64,000 bases of DNA from Candidatus Nomurabacteria bacterium (lineage in GTDB: Bacteria; Patescibacteriota; Minisyncoccia; Phycocordibacterales; UBA9973): positions 103,883-167,882 of the forward strand of contig JARIGS010000010.1 in the NCBI GenBank assembly GCA_029288725.1. The letters are read 5' to 3'. How positions within the stretch are numbered: the first letter of the stretch is position 1; each line of letters begins with the position of its first letter. A model generated the notes under the pieces. The model saw only the letters and a list, made by a program, of their open reading frames with translations. It was not told the origin of the DNA and did no database searches. A program made the translations under genes and the position numbers. Shown piece after piece: positions 1-9,936 of this stretch.

Positions 1-846
1 GTCACTGATACCTTCAGCCATTGGCTTGATAAGCGCGCGCCACGCATGGGTGCCGCTATTTCCTATTACGCTATCTTCTCTATCGCCCCATTGTTTATCC
101 TATTGATGGCAATTGTCCGTACGATTTTTGATACTCGTACAACGACAGCCGTTATTGCCCGCATTCTCAATGTCACTATTGGCAAGAATCTCTCAAGCGT
201 TATTCAGACCCTCATTACCAGTGCCTATCGCGCCAATACTGGACTCATTGCCGGCATTGTCGGCGGAGCGGTGCTTATCATTGCGGCATTGAGCGTCCTG
301 GCCGAATTGAACAGCGATATTGATGAGCTGTGGGAGATTCCTTCAATCCAGCAAACAACTATAACGACTAAGCAAACTGTTACGAACTTCATCAAGGATC
401 GTCTTATTGCTCTTTCGCTCATTTTTCTTTTTGGCCTGCTCTTCCTTTTTGTCGTGGCATTCAGCGTCTTCATGTCATTCTTCCACTATTCCCTGCCCGG
501 CCTTTTTCAAAATGCAATCGTCATTGAAATACTTAACAGTATTGTTACCCTGTTTGGCAGCACGGTACTTTTTGCGGTTGTTTACCGCATTCTTCCCGAT
601 ACTACATTGCCATGGCGAGAACTGTTCTGGGGCGCATTCGCAACCTCCATTCTTTTCCTTGCCGGTAAGTTCCTCATTGGCTGGTATATCGACGCATTCG
701 GTGACACCGCCTCATACGGCGCAGCTGGCTCCATCGTCGGCCTCCTCCTTTGGATCTATTACTCCGCCCAGGTCTTCTTCATCGGCGCTTCCGGTACCTT
801 TGTCTATTCAAAACAATACGGTTTTCTTTCGAAAATTCGCTCTTAA
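1..846 (+). CDS. YihY/BrkB-family (RNase BN-like) integral membrane protein, 5' end outside window
   Basis: Frame 1 is open from nt 1 with no stop before Met46. The ORF has a multi-TM hydrophobic profile typical of the YihY family. Confidence 0.55.
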   Translation, partial: VTDTFSHWLDKRAPRMGAAISYYAIFSIAPLFILLMAIVRTIFDTRTTTAVIARILNVTIGKNLSSVIQTLITSAYRANTGLIAGIVGGAVLIIAALSVLAELNSDIDELWEIPSIQQTTITTKQTVTNFIKDRLIALSLIFLFGLLFLFVVAFSVFMSFFHYSLPGLFQNAIVIEILNSIVTLFGSTVLFAVVYRILPDTTLPWRELFWGAFATSILFLAGKFLIGWYIDAFGDTASYGAAGSIVGLLLWIYYSAQVFFIGASGTFVYSKQYGFLSKIRS

Positions 847-847
847 A

Positions 848-1786
848 TCATCCCATTTCGATACGCTGAGTTTTCATCCACTTATCAGCCTTTACATCCT
901 TCACTATTCTTTCAAGTAAAGCCTTGTCCCGACCTATAATAAACTGGTCGCTATGGTGTCCTATCATCTTGTTTATATATCGCACTTTTTTCTTATCAAG
1001 AAAAACCCCCGAAACCTCGTTTCCCTTTTCCAGCATGCAAAGGCATACTGATTGAGATAGAGGAAATATTTTTTTTGTACCTGGCGTAATTATGCCAAAA
1101 CCCTTGAGCCAAAAATTATTGGGATCATAGTCTGGGGGAGGAATAATGAAGAAAGGGTTGTCAGAGGTTATAAAATTGGTGCCACTTGAGGCATAAAGAA
1201 ATACCCAATCCATTTGAAAGAAATAGGATGCGATTTCTTTTCCTGATTAAAGCATTTGTCGTATGCTATGTTCACGTGGCACTTCCACATTGTATTCTTC
1301 ATCTTGTACGAATTTATACATTTCCTCTGCACTGACTTTTTTTTCGGAATCCTGTTCCTTGATTTTTTTTAAAATCTGTTCAGTCCTTTCAACAGAGTCG
1401 AACTTGAATTTCTGCATCTTCTTTACAAATTTTTCAACCAATTCATTAGCTGCCTTTTCGAAATCGGGCACACGCACCCGTTGAAATGATATGAAATACG
1501 AAAGCATTAATTTTTCACCCTCGGTGATAGGTTTTTTCTTTATTATCTTATCAATAATCGGTTTCGTTTTTGTTTCGATGTCACCAAAAAAATCCTCGAT
1601 GTCAGTATGGAGTTTTCCTTCTTTATCTTTATATCGATAATAGTGGGGCAACCACGCTGTCCCTTTTGATGTTTTCTGCGTGTATTTATTTAGCAAACGG
1701 TCAAATTCCCAAAGCTGATCAATATTGTTTGAGAAATTCCTTAAATAAAATTGGGGTAAAAAATGATGTCTCCTTGGTTTTCCCAT
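848..1786 (-). pseudogene. DUF4238-family protein interrupted by one in-frame TAA (fragments 1247..1786 and 848..1213 share a frame)
   Basis: The N-terminus has the HHFLPQFYLRNFS motif and the C-fragment has FITSDNPFFII, both as I recall for DUF4238. Only 11 sense codons plus a TAA at 1247-1249 separate the fragments, and the locus is AT-rich. Confidence 0.5.
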
Positions 1787-1797
1787 GTTTCTAAAAC

Positions 1798-3555
1798 CTA
1801 ACTCGTACGCTTTGCGTGCATCAGCATATCAACGGCATTGCCGAGTGAACCGGCTGGGGTGACGGAGCCGCCATTGACGAAGAATATCTCATCGGCGTTT
1901 TGGATGGTATTGAGCCGGTGGGCAATAATGACGATCGTGGTCTGGTCAGGTAACTTTTCAATGATTTCATCCAGTAATCGTTCGGTCACGGTATCAATGT
2001 TGGCGGTTGCTTCATCGAGAATGATCAAATCAGGCTTGCGCAACACCGCCCGCATAAAGGCGATGAGTTGGCGCTGCCCGAGACTGATACTTTCACCACT
2101 TTGCGTCACTGGCGTGTCCAAACCCTGTTCAAACTGAGTGGTAAGGTCAAAGAGACCGTTTTCTTTCAGGACTTCAGTAAGCTGCTCGTTGCTATATCCT
2201 TCATACGACTCGTTTGCATAAAAGATGTTCTCACCGACAGTACCGGTAAAGAGAAACGGTTCCTGCAAAATAAAGCCGATCTTCTTGGCACGCGTTGCGG
2301 TATCAAGGGTACGGATGTCATTGCCTTCAAATAGTATCGTTCCTGTCGTTGGATCATAGAGTCGTGCCATCAATGAAGCAGTAGTGGTCTTCCCGCCCCC
2401 AGTTGGTCCTACTAATGCATATGTTTGTCCTGGATGGAGGGCAATTGAGACGTCATGCAAGACTTGCTTGCCTTCTGCATAGGTAAAGCCGACAGATTGA
2501 AAAGCAATGCGTGGTCCTGCGGTAGTGGTAGAGGCATCGGCCTGTACCATCAATGGCATGTCGTTTTCCAAGACAATAATGGCAGAGATACGATCCCAGC
2601 TTGCCATGGCGGTCTGGAATGTAGACCACAGTGATGCCATTTGACGCAACGGGTCATAGAGACGGGTCGTATAGGTGAGGTAACTGATCAGGAAACCGAT
2701 GGTAAAGCTGCCGGCAAGGATAAGATGTACGCCGTAGAGCAATACAATCAGCTGGGCAATGCTGGCCGCAAAGCCATAGACACCGATAAAGACATTGTTG
2801 GCAATGCCGGCTCGAACTGAGGTAATGAAGTTGCTATAGTTCGCCTCTTTGAATTTTTCACGGAAATAGTCACGACGATTGAATGCCACGATGGCCTTGA
2901 AGTTGCCAAGGCTTTCCTGAATTTCGGCACTCATGCCACCGACTGCCTGAAGGCTCTTGGCATTACGCTGCTTAACCCATGGTGATAACACCTGGGTAAT
3001 GATGAGCACCACTACCAAAGGTACAATGGCCGCCAACCCCAATCGTAGATTGATAGAAAGAATAAAAATAGTTGCCCCCACCATGACAAAGACGTTGCCC
3101 ATGAACTGCATGAGGGACTGTGAGAAGAAGGTATTGAGGTTATCAGTATCACTGTTGATACGAGAGATCAGGTCACCGGCCTTATTCTGATTAAAGAATG
3201 CAATCGGCAGCTGCTGCAACTTTTGAAAAATCGTATTGCGCAAGGTAAAGAGCATGCGCTGGGCCACTCCACCCATCGTGATGGTCTGGACATAGTTCGC
3301 AATGCCGGCAATGACATACACGCCCAAGACGATGGCACTGTAGAGCGCCAAGCCCTGAAAGTGTCGCGGCACGATGTAGGTATTGATGGCGCGACCGATC
3401 AATAAAGGAGCGAGAAGGAGCAGGCCAGAGTTCACAATGATGGCGGCAAATGCCACGACTAGCTGTCGGTGATCGTTTTTCAAGTACGGCCAAAGCTTAC
3501 GCAACGCCTTCAGTGCCGATGATTTTTCCTTGGTATTGTTAAGCGTGTAATTCAT
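1798..3555 (-). CDS. ABC transporter, fused permease/ATP-binding subunit (type I exporter, MsbA-like)
   Basis: An N-terminal 6-TM domain is followed by Walker A GPTGGGKTT, signature SISLGQRQ, and Walker B LIILDEAT. Confidence 0.85.
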   Translation of the reverse strand: MNYTLNNTKEKSSALKALRKLWPYLKNDHRQLVVAFAAIIVNSGLLLLAPLLIGRAINTYIVPRHFQGLALYSAIVLGVYVIAGIANYVQTITMGGVAQRMLFTLRNTIFQKLQQLPIAFFNQNKAGDLISRINSDTDNLNTFFSQSLMQFMGNVFVMVGATIFILSINLRLGLAAIVPLVVVLIITQVLSPWVKQRNAKSLQAVGGMSAEIQESLGNFKAIVAFNRRDYFREKFKEANYSNFITSVRAGIANNVFIGVYGFAASIAQLIVLLYGVHLILAGSFTIGFLISYLTYTTRLYDPLRQMASLWSTFQTAMASWDRISAIIVLENDMPLMVQADASTTTAGPRIAFQSVGFTYAEGKQVLHDVSIALHPGQTYALVGPTGGGKTTTASLMARLYDPTTGTILFEGNDIRTLDTATRAKKIGFILQEPFLFTGTVGENIFYANESYEGYSNEQLTEVLKENGLFDLTTQFEQGLDTPVTQSGESISLGQRQLIAFMRAVLRKPDLIILDEATANIDTVTERLLDEIIEKLPDQTTIVIIAHRLNTIQNADEIFFVNGGSVTPAGSLGNAVDMLMHAKRTS

Positions 3556-5263
3556 AATGTTCAGTGCTTTGCTGTGACTGGTAAATTTGCACGTATTCAG
3601 GAGAGCGTTCCATCAATTCAGCATGCGTGCCTTGGGCAAGGAGTTCGCCTTCCATGATGACGATAATATTGTCGTAATTTTCAATTGAGGCGATTTTCTG
3701 GGTAATAGAAATAAGCGTCAGACCAGGATAGTTCTTTTTGACATTGGTAAGGATGCTTTGCTCGGTGCGCGTATCAACACGAGCGGTAAAGTCATCAAGG
3801 AAAAGGATTTTTGGATTCAAGGAAAGCGCGCGAGCCAACATGATACGCTGTTTTTGCCCACCTGAGAGATTGGTACCACGCTCGGAGATCATTTCATCAA
3901 GTCCGTGTGGCAATGAGGCGATCAGTTCGTGCAGTTCGGCGGTATCGATGGCCTTTTGCAGGGCCTCATCGGTGACGGTAGTACTGAAAGCGATATTCTC
4001 TCTTACGGAAGTATTAAAAATCACACTATCCTGAAAGACAAAGCCGACTTGCTCGTGGAGAGCGTGCGGATCATAGTCCTGCAGTGACAATCCATCATAG
4101 TGGACAGTGCCTTCTGTTGGGGCGAGCAAGCCGGTCATGACATACAGCAACTGCGTCTTCCCTGCCGCTGTTGGGCCGATAATGGCATTCTTACTACCAG
4201 GTACGATGGTAAATGATACGTCCTTAAGGGCCTCCTTTTCACCAAACTTCATCGTGACATGACTGACTTCAATGGCACCGGTAAGCGGGGTGGTAATGGT
4301 TCCTGTTCTTTCCGGCAACGGTGCTGACAGTACGGTATGCAAACGGCCGTATGAGGCAGTAGCACGAGCAATGACGGTACTCATGAAGCCAATGATCATG
4401 ATGGGGAAAATCAAAATAGCGATGTAGCTGTTAAAGGCCGTAAAGTCACCGATGGTCATGCCGCCGCCGATCACAATATGGCCGCCAAATAACAGCACCA
4501 CCACTACCGCGGCATTGGCCACGAAGACAATGATCGGGATAAGAGCGGCAAAGAATGACAAAATCTTCAAGCCGTTTTCCTTGGCATCAGTATTCACGAC
4601 AATGAACTTTTCATATTCGTACTTTTGGGAATTCAAGACACGAATGAGGGCAGCACCGAGAATGCTTTCATTGATAACCTTGTTTAGACGGTCAATCACT
4701 CCCTGAATCTTCAAAAAGAGCGGCTGGACTTTGCCCAAGACAAAGAAGAATGTCCCTCCGATGATCGGAATAATGGCCAGTACGGTCAAGGCCAAATGCC
4801 ACTGAATGTTGAGCAGCATGACACTGACGGCCACAATGATGAAGATCGAGGAAACGATTGAAACAATGGCCTGGGCCACGAATATCTTGATGGCATCGAT
4901 ATCGGAGGTGAGGTTGGTCAGCAATACTGACGGATTCTTATCCTGAATGTATGAGAAATTCTGCAATGAGATCTTGCTCATCAGGTCATTGCGCATGTCA
5001 CGAGCCACACGCTCTGAGGCATAGGTCTGGAGAATACTTTGGAGATAGGTAAAGAGAAAGATACCGATAGCTGCTGCGACAAAGAGCACCAGGGTCTGAT
5101 GGTATTGAAATGTTCCCGCTACGAAATGGTCAATGGCAGAAGCAATAAGTTTCGGTACGACGATAGTCACGGCATTGCTCAGCAATGTCAAAACGATCAG
5201 CAGGGCAAGCAGCCCTCTGTATGGTCGCAGAAGGGAAAAAATTGAAGGGGTATTGTTATTCAT
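3539..5263 (-). CDS. ABC transporter, fused permease/ATP-binding subunit (partner of a heterodimeric exporter)
   Basis: A TM domain is followed by GPTAAGKTQ and LSGGQKQR, with LFLDD as Walker B. It overlaps the downstream paralogue by 17 nt. Confidence 0.85.
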   Translation of the reverse strand: MNNNTPSIFSLLRPYRGLLALLIVLTLLSNAVTIVVPKLIASAIDHFVAGTFQYHQTLVLFVAAAIGIFLFTYLQSILQTYASERVARDMRNDLMSKISLQNFSYIQDKNPSVLLTNLTSDIDAIKIFVAQAIVSIVSSIFIIVAVSVMLLNIQWHLALTVLAIIPIIGGTFFFVLGKVQPLFLKIQGVIDRLNKVINESILGAALIRVLNSQKYEYEKFIVVNTDAKENGLKILSFFAALIPIIVFVANAAVVVVLLFGGHIVIGGGMTIGDFTAFNSYIAILIFPIMIIGFMSTVIARATASYGRLHTVLSAPLPERTGTITTPLTGAIEVSHVTMKFGEKEALKDVSFTIVPGSKNAIIGPTAAGKTQLLYVMTGLLAPTEGTVHYDGLSLQDYDPHALHEQVGFVFQDSVIFNTSVRENIAFSTTVTDEALQKAIDTAELHELIASLPHGLDEMISERGTNLSGGQKQRIMLARALSLNPKILFLDDFTARVDTRTEQSILTNVKKNYPGLTLISITQKIASIENYDNIIVIMEGELLAQGTHAELMERSPEYVQIYQSQQSTEHYELHA

Positions 5264-6386
5264 GTTCGAGGGCTATTGATACTGCTTCAGCCGCAATGAG
5301 ACGAGCCGCTTCGGGCTTATAAAACGCCTTTGCATGAGCAGCCATAGCATCATACTGGTCTTTGTGTCCGAGGATCAAGTCAATTTCATTTTCCAGGACG
5401 GAACTGGTGAGATTGGCTTCCTCAATAACTACGCAAGCACCGGTGCGGGCATAGTGATAGGCATTCTTGCGCTGATGATCACCGTGAAAGACAGTGCCAT
5501 TGCCGGGAATAATGATTGATGGCTTGCCCCAGGCTGCTATCTCGTACAGTGATGAACCGGCACGGGAAATGATCAGGTCAGCAGCACCGCCAAACATCTT
5601 GGTCTGCAATTCATTGAGATAAGGATAAAGCTTGTAGCGGGTACGCTTGGTGTCGTCACCAAGCAGTACTTCGGCGTCAGTCTTTACTTCCTCATAATTC
5701 TTTGGCCCGCATTGATGAATGATTTGGTAGTGCTGAACGAGTGAGGGTACTACCGCAGTAATAGTATCATTGATGATTTTTGCGCCAAGTGAGCCACCGA
5801 TGATACCAATAGTAGGAATAGAGGGATCAAGTTCAAAGAATTCCTTTGCGCCCTCGGTTGCAACAAAGGCAATCGAACGGCGAATAGGCTGACCGGTGAC
5901 GGCAACCTTTTGTTCATTGAAGTACTGCGCCGCTTCAGGGTATGACAATGCAATACGACGAGCAAACTTGCCTGACCATTTGTTCACGCGTCCCGGTACG
6001 GTATCAGACTCATGGATGATGACGGGGATACGAAGAATACGCGCCGCTACCAGGACCGGAAAGGCCGCATAACCACCCTTACTAATGATCACATCAGGAT
6101 AGAGGTTGAAGAGCTTAAAGATTGCACCAATGACGCCGAAGGCGGTCTTAAACATATCAACAAAATTCTGCCATGAGAAATACACGCGCAGTTTGCCTGC
6201 AGTAATAGGAATAAAGGTGATGAACTGCTCATCAAGCGCCTTTTGGTCATAGGGCACATTGGACATGTAGTAGAGCTTGAGGTTGGCGATTTTTTCCTCG
6301 TCACCGATACGATTTAGCTCTTCCGCTATCGCAATCAATGGGTAAAAGTGCCCCCCTGTTCCCCCGCCAATCAATAAGATTTTCAT
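5256..6386 (-). CDS. murG: UDP-GlcNAc:lipid I N-acetylglucosaminyltransferase MurG
   Basis: The N-terminus reads MKILLIGGGTGGHFYPLIAIA, and the protein has a GT28 fold signature. Confidence 0.9.
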   Translation of the reverse strand: MKILLIGGGTGGHFYPLIAIAEELNRIGDEEKIANLKLYYMSNVPYDQKALDEQFITFIPITAGKLRVYFSWQNFVDMFKTAFGVIGAIFKLFNLYPDVIISKGGYAAFPVLVAARILRIPVIIHESDTVPGRVNKWSGKFARRIALSYPEAAQYFNEQKVAVTGQPIRRSIAFVATEGAKEFFELDPSIPTIGIIGGSLGAKIINDTITAVVPSLVQHYQIIHQCGPKNYEEVKTDAEVLLGDDTKRTRYKLYPYLNELQTKMFGGAADLIISRAGSSLYEIAAWGKPSIIIPGNGTVFHGDHQRKNAYHYARTGACVVIEEANLTSSVLENEIDLILGHKDQYDAMAAHAKAFYKPEAARLIAAEAVSIALEHE

Positions 6387-6398
6387 AGTTCCTCTATT

Positions 6399-7508
6399 TT
6401 ACACTTTCTTTTGATATCTTGAAACATTGAGTACAATGCCGGAAGCAAAGAGAGCGATGGCGAGTGAAGTGCCGCCTTGGGAGATGAAGACGAGGGGAAC
6501 GCCAGTGAGAGGGAAAAGGCCGACGAGAGAGGCCATATTGAGAAAGGATTGGGAAACAAGAATGGTGATGATACCGACGACAAGGTATTGGCCGAACATG
6601 TCGCGGGATTGCATGGCAATTTTGTACCCGCGGATGGAAAGGAAGACATAGAGCACGACCAGCAACGCACTGCCGATAAAGCCGAACTCCTCCCCGATTA
6701 CGGCATAGATCGAGTCACCTTGCGGTTCAGGCAGGTAGTTGAACTTCTGAACACTTTGTCCCAGCCCTCGGCCGAACACTCCCCCGCTGCCGATTGCAAT
6801 CAAGCCTTGCTGCAACTGGTACGATGAGCCTTGAGCGTCACTTGAAGGGTTAATGTACGTCTTGATACGGTTCATGAGGTATGGACGAACCAATGCCAGA
6901 AGCACAATACCAACAAGTCCCACGCCGATAATGCCGACAATCTTTTTCCATGACACACCAGAGACGAAAAGCATACTACAAGCGGCAGCCGTGATCAGAA
7001 TCAAACTTTTAGTATCCGGCTGCAATAGCAATGCACCGGCCACCAAACCAAGCATGATGATGAGTGGTAGTAATTTATATTTAAACTCCTGCTTTTCCTT
7101 ACTGGTCCAGGCCAACCATGCCGCAAAATAAATGACGAAACCCAGCTTAAGAATTTCCGCTGGCTGAAATGAGACATGGAAAATCGAGATCCAGCGACGA
7201 GCACCGCCATGGGCAAAGCCAAGATGCGGAATGAACACTGCCATAGTAAGCGCAAGCGTAAAAATAAATATGAAAAAGGCCGAATTACGCCAGAAATGGT
7301 ACGGAATGCGTATCGCTACCCACAATGCCCCTAGACCGCCGATGAAGCCGAGGACGATTTGAGCAAAGAGCACACCGTAGAACTTGGTCTCACTGCGGGC
7401 CAAAATTCCCAGTGAGGCTGAGACGAATGAAAAGATGCCGATCAAGCTGATGAGCAGGACGATGCCAAAAAAATACGTATCGAATTGTTTTGGTTTAACA
7501 ATTGCCAT
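6399..7508 (-). CDS. ftsW: SEDS-family peptidoglycan polymerase FtsW/RodA
   Basis: Polytopic membrane protein of about 10 TM segments that lies between mraY and murG. Confidence 0.8.
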   Translation of the reverse strand: MAIVKPKQFDTYFFGIVLLISLIGIFSFVSASLGILARSETKFYGVLFAQIVLGFIGGLGALWVAIRIPYHFWRNSAFFIFIFTLALTMAVFIPHLGFAHGGARRWISIFHVSFQPAEILKLGFVIYFAAWLAWTSKEKQEFKYKLLPLIIMLGLVAGALLLQPDTKSLILITAAACSMLFVSGVSWKKIVGIIGVGLVGIVLLALVRPYLMNRIKTYINPSSDAQGSSYQLQQGLIAIGSGGVFGRGLGQSVQKFNYLPEPQGDSIYAVIGEEFGFIGSALLVVLYVFLSIRGYKIAMQSRDMFGQYLVVGIITILVSQSFLNMASLVGLFPLTGVPLVFISQGGTSLAIALFASGIVLNVSRYQKKV

Positions 7509-7509
7509 A

Positions 7510-8577
7510 TTACTTGCTGATCAATGCGATAACTACTCCAACAATGGCAGCGATGATAGAAACGATCCAGTAGCGCATCACGACCTTTTCCTTTGACCAG
7601 CCAATGGCACGGAAATGATGATGGAGCGGTGCGATCTTGAAGACCCGGCGCTTGCCAAAGTACTTGTAACTGGTGACCTGCAGAATCACTGACACGGTTG
7701 TAGCGGTGAGTGGCAAGGCGATGATCGGCAATAGTAGGACGGTATTAGTAAGAAATGCAATAACGGTCAGTACCAGCGTTAAGCCCAGCATGCCGGTCTC
7801 GCCCATGTAGAAACGAGCCGGAGGAACATTAAACCAGAGAAATGCCAGGATACCGCCGGCAATCACACCACACAAGGCCGCAATATCAATCTGGTGCTGT
7901 GCGCTAGCGATGACAGCATATGCCGCAAATGTTATTGCCAATACTCCGCCCGCCAAGCCATCAAGTCCGTCAATCACCGAAGTCGAAAAGACACCCAGCA
8001 ATACAAGAATGAAAAACGGAATAAAGAATACACCGAGATGCCACAGTGAGTGCATAAACGGAATAGAGATACCGCTTACGCCAAGCTTGAAATAAAACCA
8101 TGACCCGACGGCAATGCCGATAGCAACAATCATGCCAATCTTCACCCAGCGATTCCCGAGCACGTCACTCGACATATCACCGATTGAACCTCTGACTTGC
8201 AACAAGTCATCGGCCAAGCCGATCCAGGCCCCGAGCAGCAATGCTCCCAATGGCACTAAGGTTTGATTCTTACTGAAGAAGTCCAACTTTTGGGAAAGAT
8301 CTGAGGGAAATGCTTTGGAAATAATCCAGATCAATGAGATACAGATCAGCACTGACAACCAGATAACCACTCCTCCTACGCGCGGTGTTGCCACTTCTGC
8401 CGCCCCATCATGGACACCGGCAAAATGCTTATTAGTGATGTCGGACTCCTGGGCGCGATTGTTCTTTTTCCACAGCTTGCGCTTGTACATGATGGTCGTC
8501 AGGGTTGGCGTAATGAAAATACCGATAACGAAGACAAGCGTGGTGGGCAAAAAGATTTTAACGGCGTCGAGTATCAT
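7510..8577 (-). CDS. mraY: phospho-N-acetylmuramoyl-pentapeptide transferase MraY
   Basis: Polytopic membrane protein with conserved MraY blocks in the dcw context, immediately upstream of ftsW. Confidence 0.85.
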   Translation of the reverse strand: MILDAVKIFLPTTLVFVIGIFITPTLTTIMYKRKLWKKNNRAQESDITNKHFAGVHDGAAEVATPRVGGVVIWLSVLICISLIWIISKAFPSDLSQKLDFFSKNQTLVPLGALLLGAWIGLADDLLQVRGSIGDMSSDVLGNRWVKIGMIVAIGIAVGSWFYFKLGVSGISIPFMHSLWHLGVFFIPFFILVLLGVFSTSVIDGLDGLAGGVLAITFAAYAVIASAQHQIDIAALCGVIAGGILAFLWFNVPPARFYMGETGMLGLTLVLTVIAFLTNTVLLLPIIALPLTATTVSVILQVTSYKYFGKRRVFKIAPLHHHFRAIGWSKEKVVMRYWIVSIIAAIVGVVIALISK

Positions 8578-8579
8578 GA

Positions 8580-9182
8580 TTATTGTTCATTAGTCTGATC
8601 AAGCAAGGCAGCGATTTTCTGCTTGGTTTCCGCATACTGCGGCAACTGTTCAGTGTCCGCCACCCCATACGATGCAAGCAATGCTACCGTTGGATAGTAG
8701 GCGACGTTTCTGCCGTTAGACTTGCTCTCAATCAATCCTCTAATCTGCAGTGCCCGCAATGAATATGACGCATTCACGCCACGAATGAGTTCTATCTCAG
8801 CCTTAGTAGCACCTGGTTTGTACACGATCACTGCCAATGTTTCAGCACTGGCCTTACTGAGATCCTTCTGCAACTCTTCCTTGCGCAATGTTTCCAGGAC
8901 AGCACTATGTTCCGGTCGGGTTGCCAATGCCACGGTGTCACCCTGTCGGACAAGCATGATAGCGTGGTCTTCAAGTGCCTGAGCAAGTTCAGTCAGCCCT
9001 TCCTCGATCGCTTCAGGAGAAACCTCTAACAGTTTTGCAAGGCTCGCAATGGTGTATTCGTCTGCCGTGGCAAACAGAATGCTTTCGATTGTGTGTGAGA
9101 GTTTAGGCATACATTGTTTCTGCATCGGGGTGAATCGTATCAGATGGGGTGGTGGCATTCTTCTGAAGAGTGATATCCTCAA
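8580..9182 (-). CDS. scpB: segregation and condensation protein B
   Basis: The N-terminal winged helix reads IESILFATADEYTIASLAKLL, and the gene is downstream of scpA. Confidence 0.8.
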   Translation of the reverse strand: MRISLFRRMPPPHLIRFTPMQKQCMPKLSHTIESILFATADEYTIASLAKLLEVSPEAIEEGLTELAQALEDHAIMLVRQGDTVALATRPEHSAVLETLRKEELQKDLSKASAETLAVIVYKPGATKAEIELIRGVNASYSLRALQIRGLIESKSNGRNVAYYPTVALLASYGVADTEQLPQYAETKQKIAALLDQTNEQ

Positions 9183-9879
9183 AAAGATCCTGCTGTTCAG
9201 CTGCGATGATTCCCCTGCGTACCAGCTCTAGCATACCAAGAAACGACACGATAGTGTAGACCTTCTGACTGCGGTCATCCATGTCAGGAGACATCACGCG
9301 AATGGCATTGAAGCTCGTTGTCATCGCGCGCTCAATGCGATCCTGCAATGTACTGAGCACTTCGGTAATGGACACGGTCTTAAACACCCGTGCTTCCGGT
9401 TTCGCCGGTGCTGGCGGCGGCACTCGTCGCTGCATGTCATTGATAAGGTTCGGCAACTGTTCAAGGGTCAGTTTTTCGTCCGGTGCAAAGACTACTCCGG
9501 TTAATCGTCGTACTCCTTCAAACGATACTTTCTTGCCGTAGTGCTTGATGAGATCAAGCGAGACATGGCTGATGACCTGATACAGCGCTACTCGACGTTC
9601 CAGGTCGGTGATGGACTGCGTTTCCTCCGGAGTAAGCTCAAGGTTTGGAAGCAGTGATCGCGCCTTGATCAGAATCAACGTAGCCGCTACGGCCAAAAAG
9701 TTTGCCGTCTCCCCTGCCTGCATACCAACGGTCTGCATGTAATTGATGAAGTCATCGGTTACTGATGCCAGCGACACGTCATTCACGAACAGCTTTCGCT
9801 TTTCAATCAGCTCAAGCAAGACTTCTACCGGCCCCTCAAAAGCCTCCTGCTTTACCTTAAAAATAGTTTCAGTTTCCAT
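9103..9879 (-). CDS. scpA: segregation and condensation protein A
   Basis: The ScpA N-terminal block reads FEGPVEVLLELIEKRKLFVNDVSLASVTDDFINY. It overlaps scpB by about 80 nt. Confidence 0.8.
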   Translation of the reverse strand: METETIFKVKQEAFEGPVEVLLELIEKRKLFVNDVSLASVTDDFINYMQTVGMQAGETANFLAVAATLILIKARSLLPNLELTPEETQSITDLERRVALYQVISHVSLDLIKHYGKKVSFEGVRRLTGVVFAPDEKLTLEQLPNLINDMQRRVPPPAPAKPEARVFKTVSITEVLSTLQDRIERAMTTSFNAIRVMSPDMDDRSQKVYTIVSFLGMLELVRRGIIAAEQQDLFEDITLQKNATTPSDTIHPDAETMYA

Positions 9880-9905
9880 GTAGTGCCCTTATTATAATAC
9901 AAAAA

Positions 9906-9932
9906 CGGCCATCTGTATCAGATGGCCGTTTT
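9906..9932. terminator. intrinsic terminator hairpin (bidirectional) after aspS
   Basis: A 10-bp perfect stem cggccatctg/cagatggccg with a 3-nt loop, flanked by an A-run and a T-run. Confidence 0.6.
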
Positions 9933-9936
9933 GAAA

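Noticed and set aside
5256-8577. Expected murD between mraY and ftsW
   Set aside because: No ORF or remnant is present. mraY ends 2 nt before ftsW starts, so murD absence here is genuine for this locus, not a missed gene.
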